64,000 nt of DNA from Octopus vulgaris (Eukaryota): assembly GCA_951406725.2 (NCBI GenBank), contig OX597815.1, positions 12,834,001 to 12,898,000 of the forward strand. Direction: 5' to 3'. A model generated the notes under the pieces. That model saw only the letters and a list, made by a program, of their open reading frames with translations, did no database searches and had not been told where the DNA came from. Made by a program: the position numbers and the translations under genes. Positions 26,931 to 40,389 of this stretch are shown here, one piece after another (the first letter of the stretch is position 1; each line of letters starts with the position of its first letter).

Positions 26931-27629
26931 ATTTCTCTATCCACTTATACATCATTTCATTTTGTTTTTGTCATTATTGTTCCATCTTTGAACTTTGAAG
27001 TTGTAATTTTCCAAATCTATGATCTGATACCACTTGATACCACTGTTCATTTTCTTTATTTCACTCTTGAACTTAGTTGCTACTGCTGAGCTAGTATCTG
27101 TAATTCAAGGAAGGCTAGTTTTTAATAAATTCTATCATTTTTTGTATCTGATCTTAGTTCACACATTGGCCACTCTTTCATGTATTAAAGATTATTGAAT
27201 GGGGCAGAAACCGTAGAATTTCAATACAAATCTGTGTAGGATGAGTATCAATTATATTCCTATACGATTTTCTAGAAGCTACTGCTGCAGTATTACTCTG
27301 TTGAGTTGTTGAAAAGGTGTGTTATACTGGATATTCTCTGTTTGTACTGGAGGCCGGATGAGAGAAATATTTTGAAATAGGCAGATGATAGAAGGCTTGT
27401 GATCTTTGATTCATGTGTTAGGAACTTGTATCGATAAAACCTCCAGACGTTCATTTAGCCAAAGTATTAGTTTGTATCATAAGTCGCTCTGGGGTATGTA
27501 TTGGTCACTCAAAACATCTTGGAAGGGAATCATCTCACATTGATAAAGTCCAACTCCTTCTTTTATTTAATGGGTATTTTAAATTATGTTTCCTAGCTAA
27601 ATTCCGTAACAGTGAAACATTATATGATA

Positions 27630-28534
27630 CTAGCAGTATCGCCCGGCTTTGCTCGGGTTTGTAAGGGAAATAACTATAAAGCATTTTTAGAGAGTTATAG
27701 CCAAAAATAGCCAAAAAATGCATTAAAAATGGAAAAACAAATTATAGTAATTTTTTTTTAAATCGTTGACTCATCGTAGACATTTTTAGAGAGTTACTTC
27801 CATTATATAATAGCAAAAAAATGCATTAAAATGGAAGAAAAATTATGGTAAATTATTTTTGAAATCGTAGACTCATCGTAGACGCGCGCTAATACCCAGA
27901 AGGGCTCGATATAAATCACGACTATAAGATACCCGGTTTTGGTTAAACTGCACCGCAAAATGTGGGAGTAGTTAGGAATCTAAATCGTAGGAGACAGACA
28001 TACAACTTCACTTTTATATATAAAGATTTGTGCAACAACTAAAACATTCGGTTGTGCAAATTGTTTGCACCGGAAACCTGCCCTGTGTGGCGGTTTTTGC
28101 CGTTTTTGTGGATCTCTTTCAGCTTTTTTAGCGATTTTTGTTTTGGCGACTTCATGCCATGAAGTCGTTGTTCTAAAAGAACGCTGGTCTCCTTGAAAAC
28201 GCTTTACGACATTGATTTCCTTACACTCCCTTCCCCACAGCTTCACGAGGGAGGGAAGAAGGGGGAGAAGCAACACAGGTGCAGGTGTGAGCATGGACGC
28301 CAACTCCGCCGCCATCGACACACGAAAAAATATGCGTGGTAAAAAATGATGGTAAATTATTTTTAAAATCGTAGACTCATCGTAGACGCGCGCTAATACC
28401 CAGACGGGCTCGATATGAATCACAACTATAAGATACCCGAATTTGGTTAAACTGCACCGCAAAATGTGGGAGTAGTTAGAAATCTAAATCGTAGGACACA
28501 GACACTCACACAACTTCACTTTTATATATATAGA
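27630..28534 (-). mobile_element. non-autonomous Helitron, composite with a duplicated 5' module
   Basis: Minus strand begins A|TCTATATATATAAAAG and ends with hairpin CCCGAGCAAAGCCGGG + CTAG|T; ~27845-28026 is duplicated at ~28346-28534. Confidence 0.85.
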
Positions 28535-29364
28535 TAACTAGTTTTCATTATTTTTCATGGCCTCATAATACATAATATTGTCCCATGTAAATGAGGCAAG
28601 AATTATTATTGCTTTGAAGTTGCATAATATTCTTAAAGACACAAGAACTGTTTTATGCAATTGTTTAGTTACCTGTAGACGTTGTCTTTAATATCATCTG
28701 TAGGAGTGAATGGGTATGAGGGAATTCATGGAAAGAAGCTTGGTATGTCCAGCATTCTAATCAAAGCGTGCGGCTAGCATGGACGCTGACCTTGATGTAT
28801 GAGTATTAACCGCATCAGATGCGTACTCCAGCCAAAACCTAAAACCGTGTGAACAACTAAACCGTTACCACAATGTTGGCGAAAACAACGAGAATCCGGT
28901 CATTCTGATGCTTCCGTAACTGCCGAATAAGTAATATTACTTGATGAATTGCCTGTTTATGATCTCGATTGCACATGCTTCTCCTACGATGGCCGTTTTG
29001 CCAATGACATGGACGGCTATTTGATAAACAAGCCAGTTGTCCTCGGACGATTGTTCCCGGATTTGATTGTTCATTCAACTCTTGTTTTGCTTGTCATCTT
29101 ATCTGTCGGTATCCACTTTACAGAAATGAATTATACACCACGCATTCTGTGAAATACGTGAATACTGGTGAGAAAGAACCTTACTTATAGACAGCTGTCG
29201 AGTCTGAAGCATGCCGTAGCTTTCAAATGAAGCAAAGTATTTTCCCTACAAATTGGACCTAGCTTTAGCCTCTTGTAATTCGTCTCTCTAGCTGTTGATG
29301 CAGTGCACTCATAATTAGAGCTATAGTTTTTTTGCTAGTGACAAAGCGTGCACAAATGTAAGAG

Positions 29365-29991
29365 AGGAAGTCCAAAATTTTCTCCACCTAAGCCATAACC
29401 TACCTTTATTATTGTCATGCTGTCTTCTGCGGATGCGTGCTTACAGTTTGACCCTGGTTGTGCCATTTTACTTTCTGGCTTTACAGTTTAAGCATGGCCA
29501 CTCCACTAGCAATGTGCACCAAAGAAAAACAAAGAACAGTAATCCGAGAGATGGCAACCGGTTAACCATTACCATCTCTCGTGCTTGCTAAATCTTCTCA
29601 TCAGTGGTAGAGTTTGAAGGGCGCCTGCTCCCTTTTCGTGCGTCACGCTTTTCCACCCACTTATAAACTCCTCGATCCACTCATTCACACATCTACACGG
29701 TAGTGTACTGTCCACGTATTGTGCTAAAAACCGCCGATGAATTTTCAGCTCCTGACACATCTTCCGACCAGAGAAATTAGATCACTGCTTTTTGTTTTTA
29801 TTTGGTGCACATTGCTAGTAGAGGACCCATGCTTGCAGTGTAAAATCAGTCGGGAAAATGGTACGATCAGGCTCAAAATTAATCACGTGACCACAATAGT
29901 ATCAAGAATAAGCACGCATACTCAGAAGGCAGTGTAGTAATAATAAAGATATGTTATGGCGAAAGTGCGGGAAATTTTTACTGACCCGAGT
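29365..29991. mobile_element. mariner-derived fold-back element made of two inverted 5' ends
   Basis: Plus arm encodes MATPLAMCTKEKQRTVIR; minus arm encodes MGPLLAMCTK*KQKAVI...IHRRFLAQYVDSTLPCRCVNEWIEEFISGWKSVTHEKGAG (mariner N-terminal HTH). Confidence 0.75.
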
Positions 29992-30559
29992 ATATGTGGA
30001 ATATGGTCTTATCACCCACTTGTTACAAATGACGGTATGCAAAGAAGTACTGCATTTTGTACCAGCATGACAAGGAAAGCTACAAGACTTATGTGGCGTA
30101 CACATAAGGTCTGTTAAGTAGATTCTCCACATGAAAGCCAATACTTAGTAGTGGTACATTCGAACACATGAACTGGGATTTACTGAGCGTAGTATTTTCT
30201 ATTCATTTATCATTGAGTCTAAATGCTTTACATAGGATTTCTTTATACCGCATTTTACCAAGGAGACAAAGTCTCAGTTCGCAAGTAAGCGACTTACCAA
30301 GTGTCACGAAGTGGAAATTAAGTGGGGCTAGAGAAAAATAGATACATGTGCTCAGTACCCATTTGTATAACTGAAAAGAAGTGATGATAGCTGAAGGTAG
30401 GTGGGTGGTAAGAACACTAGAACATAGGTCACATATGGAAAACGGACACAAGTGCACGAAAATACATACATACACACACAAACACAATACATATATATAT
30501 ATATATATATCTTTCTATATATATATATATATATTAATATATATATATTTATATATACG

Positions 30560-30600
<41 letters not shown>

Positions 30601-30666
30601 TATATGTATGTATATATGTGTGTATGTGTGTATGCTTGAGTTTATGCATGTATGTATGTATGCAAC

Positions 30667-30900
30667 GGCGCTTGGTCAAGTGATTACGACGCTGCACTCA
30701 CGAGTGTCAGATCGTGGGTTCGATCCCCGGAGGGCACGTCACGTGGTGTTCTCGTGCAAAACACTTTACTTCACGTTACTCCACTCTACTCAACTGTAAA
30801 TAGTTTTCCGATCGGGGTTGGGGGAATGTTTGCCCGCTCGCCCAGGCACCGCTCTGATATCATTCGCAAAACTGAAGACGATGTGAATCGCATTCTTACT
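30667..30900 (+). mobile_element. old tRNA-derived SINE
   Basis: A-box-like TGGTCAAGTG, B box GGTTCGATCCC, then GTGTTCTCGTGCAAAACACTTTACTTCACGTTACTCC. Confidence 0.6.
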
Positions 30901-31480
30901 ACCGATGCATTGCAACATGCACGCACGCACACACAAACACATATGCACGCGCATACACGCTAACACACACAAGCACACATTACATATGCGTGTTAGCCTG
31001 TGTTTACGCGCGCGTGTGTGTATGTATGTGTGCGTATCTCTAGAAAGATAGATAAAAAATATACAGATAAATATACACACGCACACACAATGAAACAATG
31101 AATATGACTAAGATAAAATAGATATGAAAGTAGATATTGAGAGAGAAATAAGTGTTTTAGAGCAAGACAAATCAATATAAATGCATTTCCTTTAATGCAG
31201 TATAAAGTACAAGATATAGCAAGACTGCAATACTATGTATGAATGCAAATCTTACTAATTAGTTTGCACTAGTCTGCCTTCATATGCAGGGTATGCATAG
31301 AGTTAAATATAGATATAAACTGGATTTCAATAGAATAGTACTAAACGGAAAATAGTGACTGATTTTCAGTATGAATTTGTTTGTCTATATATAAATCCGT
31401 ATCAGCATGTAACTTGTATACTTGTATCTATCTCCTCCCTCTCTCACATCTCTCTCCCTCTCTCACTATATTTATACATA

Positions 31481-31711
31481 GGCGGCGAGCTGGCAGAACC
31501 GTTAGCACGCCGGGCGAAATTCGTAGCCGTATTCCGTCTGCCGTTATGTTCTGGGTTCAAATCTCGCCGAGGTCGATTTTGCCTTTCATACTTTCGGGGT
31601 CGATAAATTAACTAGCAGTCACGCACTGGGGTCGATGTAATCGACTTTATCCGTTTGTCTGTCCTTGTTTGCCCCCTCTGTGTTTAGCCCCTTGTGGGTA
31701 GTAAAGAAATA
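31481..31711 (+). mobile_element. SINE group N copy
   Basis: GGCGGCGAGCTGGCAGAA...GCCTTTCATACTTTCGGGGTCGATAAA...GTAAAGAAATA. Confidence 0.92.
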
Positions 31712-31718
31712 CATATTT

Positions 31719-31775
<57 letters not shown>

Positions 31776-33506
31776 TACATACATACACGAGCATATCTAC
31801 ATGCACGGGCATACATACCAAAATACATATACTCACCTATGGACGGATATACATACGCCCGTGTACATTCTTAGAATCAGTTTTTGAGCACAACAAATAT
31901 CTGTGTGTATTTGTGTGAGGTGCATAAGCGTGATATTGCTGAGCTGACACATGACAAAATACAACCCGTTTCATGATTTGGCTGGTTGGTGATTAAATTC
32001 GCAACCCGACCGATTTTCTTGCTGATAAGAATGGATTTGAGCATCAGGCAAAATGGAAAATGAAGCTTTATCAATAAGCAGGTGATCTCAGATTAATCAA
32101 TAGCCATCTAATAATGTATAACGCCATTCATTAATTCATTCATATATAGGTAGGTAGGTAGGTAGGTAGGTAGGTATGTATGTATGTATGTATGTATGCA
32201 TGTAGGTAGGTAGGTAGGTAGGTAGGTTGGTAGGTTTGTAGGTATGTAGGTATGTAGTACGTACGTAGGTAAGATAGGTAGGTGACAAGTTTTCCTTTCA
32301 TTTACACGAGGCATAGCAGATTCGAAAAACCATCATCACCACAGCTTAAAAGTAAGTGGACGTAACTACTGCAGCTGACGAAATACTGTAATGGTGGGAT
32401 AGAATTTTTGATGAAGCCTAAAAGTTTGGAATGATGCTTTATATTTTCATGTGTATATCACACCAAAGTTTCGAAGATGGATTATGTCATTGGAAGTTTC
32501 CTCCAATAAGTTCATGAAATGTTGGTCAATTTCAACAAGAAATATCAAAAAGTAATGCATATGTTAACAAGATATCATCTCACCCTTAAATATGTGTAAC
32601 TGGTAATTATAATGAGACTGATTGTTCTAAATTGTGGATCTCATCTTAACCTGAAGATATCTCCTGAATAAAGATCCTCAACGACTTTCTCTGGTCTACG
32701 AGCCAGAATCTACTTCCAACCGATATTTTCTATTAAAATGATACTCAGGCAAGATATGATTGACGATAGTGTAGTACTTAAAAGTTTGGTCCATCTACTG
32801 CGACAGCTGCATCTTCTTGCATCAGGTTGTCTTAAACTACCTCTACTCATATACACTCCATTCACTCCATTCATAAGACAGGCATTTGTCTTATGAAGAA
32901 AGGCTGTACATAACTCGATGTCCCCCTACATGGCCTTGCTTTCTGTTTTTTGAGCCAAAAAATTAACTTAACTTAACTCATCTATCATCACGCTCCAGGC
33001 TAATGACTAAACACAGGCATTTCCTACCAAGAACGCCGAACCACTTTCTGCAAATCTTTTATTGCAGTCGCTGATTTGCCACTCTTTAAATAGAATGTAA
33101 CTATTAAACCGAATGGAAGAGGGCACTGGTGCTTTCCATAGACTTGAATAATTAAAATGATTGAAAGGGGACTGGATTTTTTTCAAAGTGACTCTGGTAA
33201 TTAGTAACATTTATTAATGATATATTTATATATAAATATATATAAATTTCCGTCTACCAGATCGACTCACAGTACTTATTATATATTACTTATTACTTAT
33301 TATATATTGTTTATTCCTTTTCGTAGTTTTTGTGATCTAGTTATATGTTTTAAAATCTATTTTGTTTTTTAATTATGATTTGGTTTATGTCCATCATTGT
33401 TTGAATTGCATAATAGTGTTTTTTTCTCTAATTTATGTATATTATATTGTGAAATTTGATTTAATACTACATTGAATTTTTCCCTGTAAATTTGGAGTTA
33501 TATTCC

Positions 33507-33529
33507 CTATTATTATTATTATTATTATA

Positions 33530-33571
<42 letters not shown>

Positions 33572-33620
33572 ATTATTATTATTATTATTATTATTATCAT
33601 TATTAGTATTATTATTATTA

Positions 33621-33704
<84 letters not shown>

Positions 33705-33712
33705 TTAATATT
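33507..33712. repeat. (ATT)n tract abutting its reverse complement (AAT)n
   Basis: Strand switch at about 33663. Confidence 0.92.
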
Positions 33713-34939
33713 GTACATATATATATTTGAGGTGTTTACAGCTTAGTGGTACATATGGGTTTTAAAAGCTACGTTATTTTTGAACACATCCCAGCTTAAC
33801 TTTTGTAAAGATTGTAAAGGTATTTGCAGACTCCATGTATTGTTTGTTTTGAGGGTTGTTATTGTCACATACAATCCAATCAAATATACAAAACTTCCTG
33901 TAATTCCGTTTTTCTAATAATGAAATGTATTCTGGCTCAATATTACGAAGGATGATCTAACATTGACAAACGGAGCTTTGTTGCAAAAACGGTTGGTGTG
34001 TAGGAATGCAAATTTGACTTGTAATATCTACAAAATCTCCTTTAATTTTCTTCGAAATTTTATATTATTTATTTTATCCCTCGTTTTATTTTTGTTTGTA
34101 ATAAAATTGTGGAAAATATTTTTCATATTCAATTTTTTCTTTATTTCTCTTAGTGATTCATCTGACAATCGTAATTCCTTCCCAAGTTTCTCAACACAAT
34201 GTATAAGGTATAAATATCTCAGATTTTGTTAAGATATCATTGATTCATGCTTTGTTGAAATGTTAAAGTTTAACATTTTTCTGATGAAGAGATATAGGGA
34301 AAAGGAAAATATACTTATATAGGGAGGCAGGCAGTCATGGCTCTGTGGTAAAATGTTTGTTTCACAGCCGAATGATTTCGGGTTCACTCCCACTGTTCGG
34401 CATTTTAGTTATAGATATATTAATTGCTGACAACGATATATTATTTCGTTTTGCATCCATAACGTACTACCAAATATATTACAAGTTTAAACGTCAATAC
34501 CGTGTCTTACCTTCTGTTAGCAATGTGATGCTTTAAGCTTATTTCACAAGCTTTTCTATGCAATTCAGACTCAGAGTTGCAAGTTGCGTTTCGTTAGCGA
34601 ATATGTCTTTGTAAGCAATGCGATGGAGCATAGAAAAATAAATACTGGGTACATAAGCATATTGCAAGCGTTACTGATATTTCATGAATGCTAATTCAAA
34701 CCGTCGAATACCCAGGAAGACATCGCATAAACACCCACTAGTTTTAGCGGTGTAAGCAACTAGATAAACCAATCTATATACTAAACACATGACTGGCAAG
34801 CAGTTCTGAATTCTATTTAAAATATATGGAGAAAAACATAAAATATGTACATATGTACTCTTCCGTTTTTACTTACTTCGTCTAAGGAAGGAGGTGGTTT
34901 CTAACAAACATGCAAAACTTCATCACTGGAATGCAGAAA

Positions 34940-36320
34940 ACAAACACAAATTTACATACTAAATATGATAAAACTCTCGTATATTTTTAACATCCCAATT
35001 AATATAATATGCAAATTTAATAGTTGGTTTGCGTTTCTGAGAACTCCAGCGTATCCATGTAAGCATTTACTCACAAAATGGAGTACACTAATTGTTATTG
35101 GTACAAATGTAGATTTATTGTTTGGATACAGAAGCTGGAGGTTTGGGACCATCTGTCCACAGTTTTCGTCCTTCTCACTTTCATAGATACTGTCAATCAT
35201 TAGTATAGCCTACATTTATGAGGATACACATTTTTCTTGTTTATCTCGAACACAAATATCCAACCTGTTATGTTTATTCTTAACAGACATTTTGATATGG
35301 TATGGTCTCCCAACATTCCTTGTATTGATGTTCGTGTATGTATATAATCACACGTGTTCTCTGAGGACAGTCATTTGTTCGAGGAGCATTGTATATAGTT
35401 TGCGATAATGTTGTGTCGCATAGGGTGATAGTACCACAATGACATATTTGGGCAGCTGCTAACCACATTTCTGGTTGCATATTGACGCTCCTATGAGTTC
35501 GCTTTATCTTTCTTATGAGGTACGTAGCAATCACTTGTTATTGGATTACAAATTCATACCCCAAACATGTGATATGATGTAGTGGTCACCAGTCTAAGAG
35601 AAGCTGCAGGAAAACTTCTCTCTCTGGTTGTTTACATAACAGTCCTTCTTGAGGAGATCCATGTCGACACAAGAATATTGACCTTGACCCGTCCGCTTTC
35701 CAGCACTATGTGTATGTATTTGATTTTGCTGCTGTTGTTTAGCAAGTGCTTTTTAAGAAAGACTATACGACATTCGAAAGTTATCTACACTAATCTCAGA
35801 CTTCAACCCCGTTCAACCCGTCGTACATAGAGACAGTCTACATCATTATTTCTGTGGAAACTTCCATCTGATGTCAGGATATAGCAGGTTTTAACCTTAA
35901 TGGAGAAGGATTTCGTCAACAGACCAGTTACATATCTCAAATATGTAATGAAAATGCATTGTAGGACGTTGTCACCTAAAAGGAGAGTTCCAACTGACAT
36001 ATATTTCTATGTGTTGTGTAATATTACTAGGTCTCTGTCTTTATTCACAACAACATCGTATAATATGTTTTCATCAATGTCTAGATATTTGTATGGAAGA
36101 TGAGAGATAGTGAGACCGTCGATGTACAGGTTTTGTGCCTCGAGGATTGATTTTCCATGTAAAACAATCAAATACGAATATTTGTTTTGGCCAATTTTCA
36201 TTCTTATATCTGCTGAAAATGAGGTTATTAACACCAGTTGTATTTTTGGCATCGTTAACATTTTTTAACATATATCTTCTGGTCATATGTCCTTAGGTCA
36301 TGCACCTTCAGTTCATGCAC
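34940..36320 (-). mobile_element. decayed R4/Dong-type LINE, RT end to restriction-like endonuclease
   Basis: TSFSADIRMKIGQNKYSYL, YKYLDIDENI, LTSDGSFHRNNDVDCLYVRRVERG (cf. GSFHRNSDVDRLY.KR.EGGRG), NLQLLYPNNKSTFVPITISVL (cf. FVPIIIGALG). Confidence 0.8.
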
Positions 36321-36975
36321 GTTGAGGTCGTGTATGTATGTATGTATGTATGTATGTATGTATGTATGTATGTATGTATGTATGTATGTATGTATGTATG
36401 TATGTTTGTATGCATGTATGTACGTACGTATGTGGGTGTTTAGGTTTTTTATTAAATCATCTTTGAAATCAATTTTAGTTTTATTTCCGTCCAAGGAATT
36501 TACAAGTTCAGCAGCAGGGACTCATAAAGTACCGGGTTTAAATAATACAACTAGCGTCGATTTCACCGACTACAGCTTTTAATCGGTTCCAGCATGTCCG
36601 CAGTCCAATGACTGAAACACGTTAACGGTAAAATTCATATACATATATATCCGGAAATTTCCGAATACTCTTCTTAATTTTTTTTTCAGTTTGAACACAG
36701 GTATGTCAATATGAAATTGAGATACACAGTGTATATATATATAAAATTGGATGTCATCTCAACTTTTATGTTTATGTCGGCGTTATTAAAGTTCCAGTAT
36801 ATGTTAATGGCTTAATTCCTGGAGGACATGATGATAAGGATGTTATCAACATACCTGGAGAAGAAGATGCATGAGCATTTTTGCGTGCTGTGCATTCAAG
36901 CTTATCCATGTACGTGATGGTTAGCAGGCCTGAAAGGGTAGTTATTATTCCATATATATAAAGATAGTTTAACAG

Positions 36976-37020
36976 AAACTGTCCGACGAACGGGAACGTG
37001 AAACTCCGAGTAACAGGTTT
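36976..37020 (+). ncRNA. minimal type I hammerhead ribozyme motif (core CCGACGA, U4C)
   Basis: AAACTGT-CCGACGA-ACG ggaa CGT-GAAA-CTCCGAG-TA^ACAGGTTT: stem I CTGT/ACAG, stem II ACG/CGT, near-palindromic stem III, GUA site. Manual folding. Confidence 0.7.
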
Positions 37021-37048
37021 TATTGAATTTCTGCTGCTTTTAAATAAA

Positions 37049-37107
<59 letters not shown>

Positions 37108-37228
37108 AACGTAAGCACATAAATGCAAGACACGTTGAGTAAAAATACTACTTGAGTGAACGTGAACGGGATCTTGATACTCTGAGTTGCAGTGTTTTAT
37201 GATATTTTTGTGATGTTTTTGTAGCCTT

Positions 37229-37280
<52 letters not shown>

Positions 37281-37633
37281 CACAATGTAAGTTAGGGGTT
37301 ATGAGTGGAGTTTCAATAATTTATATTATGATTTTATAATTTTATTGTTATCTTATATGTATACATTAATTATAATGTATATATGTATGCTATTGACGTT
37401 CTCATTTTGTTAAATGAATAAATAATTCAACATTCTGATATCCGAAATTTCATGAACAAATGGGATAAGTTAGAATATAATATATTTATATGTAAGTAAA
37501 CATATTTATAATATATGTATTTACAAAAATTCAGAAAACGAGACTGTGTCAAAATGTAAAAGAACCGTGTGTTGAATGGTGGTGATTGGAAAATAAGCGA
37601 AACGTGTGTGTATACATACATGCATACATACAT

Positions 37634-37680
<47 letters not shown>

Positions 37681-37839
37681 AACTATACATTAGGGTATTT
37701 CCGAGATAACACCATGCTGGTATCTCACATATACCCTGAGGTATAGTTTAAATAATTATTACCTTTGTATGGTATTTATTCCTATGCTGGCCACTAGATA
37801 AGATCGATATTGAAATATCGATATTAACCTTATTTATAA

Positions 37840-37930
<91 letters not shown>

Positions 37931-38159
37931 CATATGTATGTGTCTGTGTGTGTGTGTAATTGGTTCTGAATAATATACAATTAACATCCCAATCCTTTTC
38001 TTCATTTATATGAATAACAGCTATATGTTTATACATATACATATATATATACCTATTATTTTAAGGAAATGAATTTCCCAAATATATTTTGAACCAGTAC
38101 TTCCTAGGATGTAACTATCCCTTCATGTGGTTAATTCAATTTCTAATTGAATTTAAGTA

Positions 38160-38960
38160 TATCTATATATCCCTTGCTCTCCTGCACTTGCCCCTACCTC
38201 TCCAATACCACCATCCTCACAGACACCAATCATCGTCCCTATCATATCACTGACACCTTTACATGCACATCAAACAACATCATTTACTGCATCTCCTGAT
38301 CTTTATGAGCTTCTCTGTACATCTCTGAAACGGGACGCCGATTGTCTGACCGGTTCGCAGAGCACTTCTGAGACATTAGACATTCAATTCCCACTCCACT
38401 GCATCTGGCTCCCTTCCCCTCTCCTCTTTTCACCCATACCCACTTCTCTCCTCTCTTCACCCCTACCCACTTATCTCATCCCTGGCCTTGACACCTACTT
38501 TCTCTGTTCACTCCAATCCACCTTCTCTCTTCATCATTACCCCCTTCATCCACACTCCACCCCTACAAATCCCTACCCCCCATCACATTCCCAGACCCCA
38601 TCCTCGCATCACCACACCCCAACACCATCATACCCCAACACCATCACATCCCAACACCGCCATACCACACACCACCACACCAACCCGCATCCACTTGCAC
38701 TGACCACTTCACAGCACCCACACCGTCATCCACACACCCACATATTACAGACGCAAACACAGTCGTACACATCCACATATCAAGGTCTCCATCCCCTATC
38801 CACAGGCGGAAACTTAAGCACTCTCACATACATACGAACGCGCACCTTCTTTTTCGGATAACCAATACTTTATTATCTCCCCTTCTTCCTAGCTCTCCTG
38901 TCTAACTACACCCGAAGAGCCATAGGAAGAGAAATGCTAGACATAAAACTAGCACACTGT
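38160..38960 (+). mobile_element. Penelope-like element 3' fragment: GIY-YIG endonuclease plus C-rich pseudo-LTR region
   Basis: FTCTSNNIIYCIS*SL*ASLYISETGRRLSDRFAEHF*DIR at ~38257-38381 (cf. FTCTS.NIIYCISC..C..LYIGETGRRL.DRF.EH). Confidence 0.85.
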
Positions 38961-38989
38961 GGTCCTTCGCTGAGAAGACACCTCTCAAA

Positions 38990-39590
38990 GAACCAAAAAA
39001 TGGGACAGCAATCAATTCACACTAAGAAACTGTCCCATCCGTGACACAGATTTATACCAACAGGTAAATGTTGTGTATAGAACACAATGCAACAAATGCA
39101 ACGAGTTCTATGTGGGCAGCCCAACAAGACCGTTACATGTCCGCAACAAAGAACATCTGAACACGAGAGCCTTCTCCTTCAGAAAACATCTAGAAGCCGG
39201 AACACCGACAAAAGCATAACAGTTACAATTGAGGCTAATGAAATAAATTTGGATAAATTAATAATTAAGGAAGCTATTGTCATACACAGACTAGGGCCCC
39301 AAATTAGCCACGGGCTGGAGATTGGTAATCAATATATTATTTAGCTACATCTGGTTGCGTGTAGGTTCATTTTTGATAACTCTCTCAGATGCAGCACGAA
39401 CGTTTGTCAGCGAACAGGTCGCGGTCTCAAAGCGACGAAAATATTTTGACAACTTAAATTTGTTGAAGTGAACGGAACGGTTTTTGTGTATTTCTTAAAT
39501 GGCTTATAAACACATTCCACGCTGCAATTGTTTTCGTTCCAGCACACGGTCTCAGATCAGGTCACTTGCTCTGCAAGTACATCTCCGTAA
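38990..39590 (+). mobile_element. second Penelope-like element: GIY-YIG end plus pseudo-LTR containing a hammerhead
   Basis: NVVYRTQCNKCNEFYVGSPTRPLHVRNKEH and LIIKEAIVIHRLGPQI, followed about 60 bp after the stop by the hammerhead at 39404. Confidence 0.85.
39404..39452 (+). ncRNA. minimal type I hammerhead motif with swapped G3:C8 core (GCGAACA)
   Basis: TTGTCA-GCGAACA-g-GTCGC ggtctcaaa GCGAC-GAA-AATATT-T^TGACAA: perfect 6-bp stem I, 5-bp stem II, palindromic stem III. Manual folding. Confidence 0.65.
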
Positions 39591-40066
39591 TTCTCATATA
39601 TTATTTATAACAAAAAACAAACGGAAAAAAGGAGAAGGTAAAAAGAAGGGAAGCTGCATGTATTACACATAACTTAGAAGCAGCGCTAAGGATGTGCCAG
39701 CAGACGGGAGGTTGCGACATGGGCGACCTTACACACTTCTCTTGAGGAATTTCGGAACGAGCTTGGTGAAACCACTGCTGAGACGCTTCCGAAAAAACAA
39801 AAAAAAAATATTGGAAAACAGATTATAGCAGCGACACCATCCATCAATGCCTAGGGATACCTGAAGGAGGAATTTTATTCCAAAATATCATATCAGACTA
39901 TGGATGACTAAATTACGACAGTTCTTATTGTCCATTGTTTGTATAATAGTACATTGCTGTGTCATTCAAAATATTTTATTCTTTACAGACAATACACAAT
40001 GCTTCAAGCGAACTACAATACTCTCCTATATACATATGTCTGTGTGTATGTGTATGTATGTATGTA

Positions 40067-40120
<54 letters not shown>

Positions 40121-40285
40121 CAAACATATATCTAGGTATGTGTATATATATACATTCATGTATATATATATAAATATAGATAAGAAAGTTGGTTTGTGAA
40201 AGCAATTCTTCAGACATATTGACACAAATATATATATTTTTTAACATTTAAGCCTTCTGTCGTTTTTTCACGCTTTACTATTTTT

Positions 40286-40389
<104 letters not shown>

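Noticed and set aside
32870-32897. 11-bp hairpin TTCATAAGACA/TGTCTTATGAA as a terminator or ncRNA
   Set aside because: Isolated AT-rich stem with no supporting context.
34281-34320. CTGATGA followed by GAAA (also CTGATGA hits at ~3757 minus, ~15000, ~29600 minus)
   Set aside because: No stem II or stem I complementarity, so not hammerheads.
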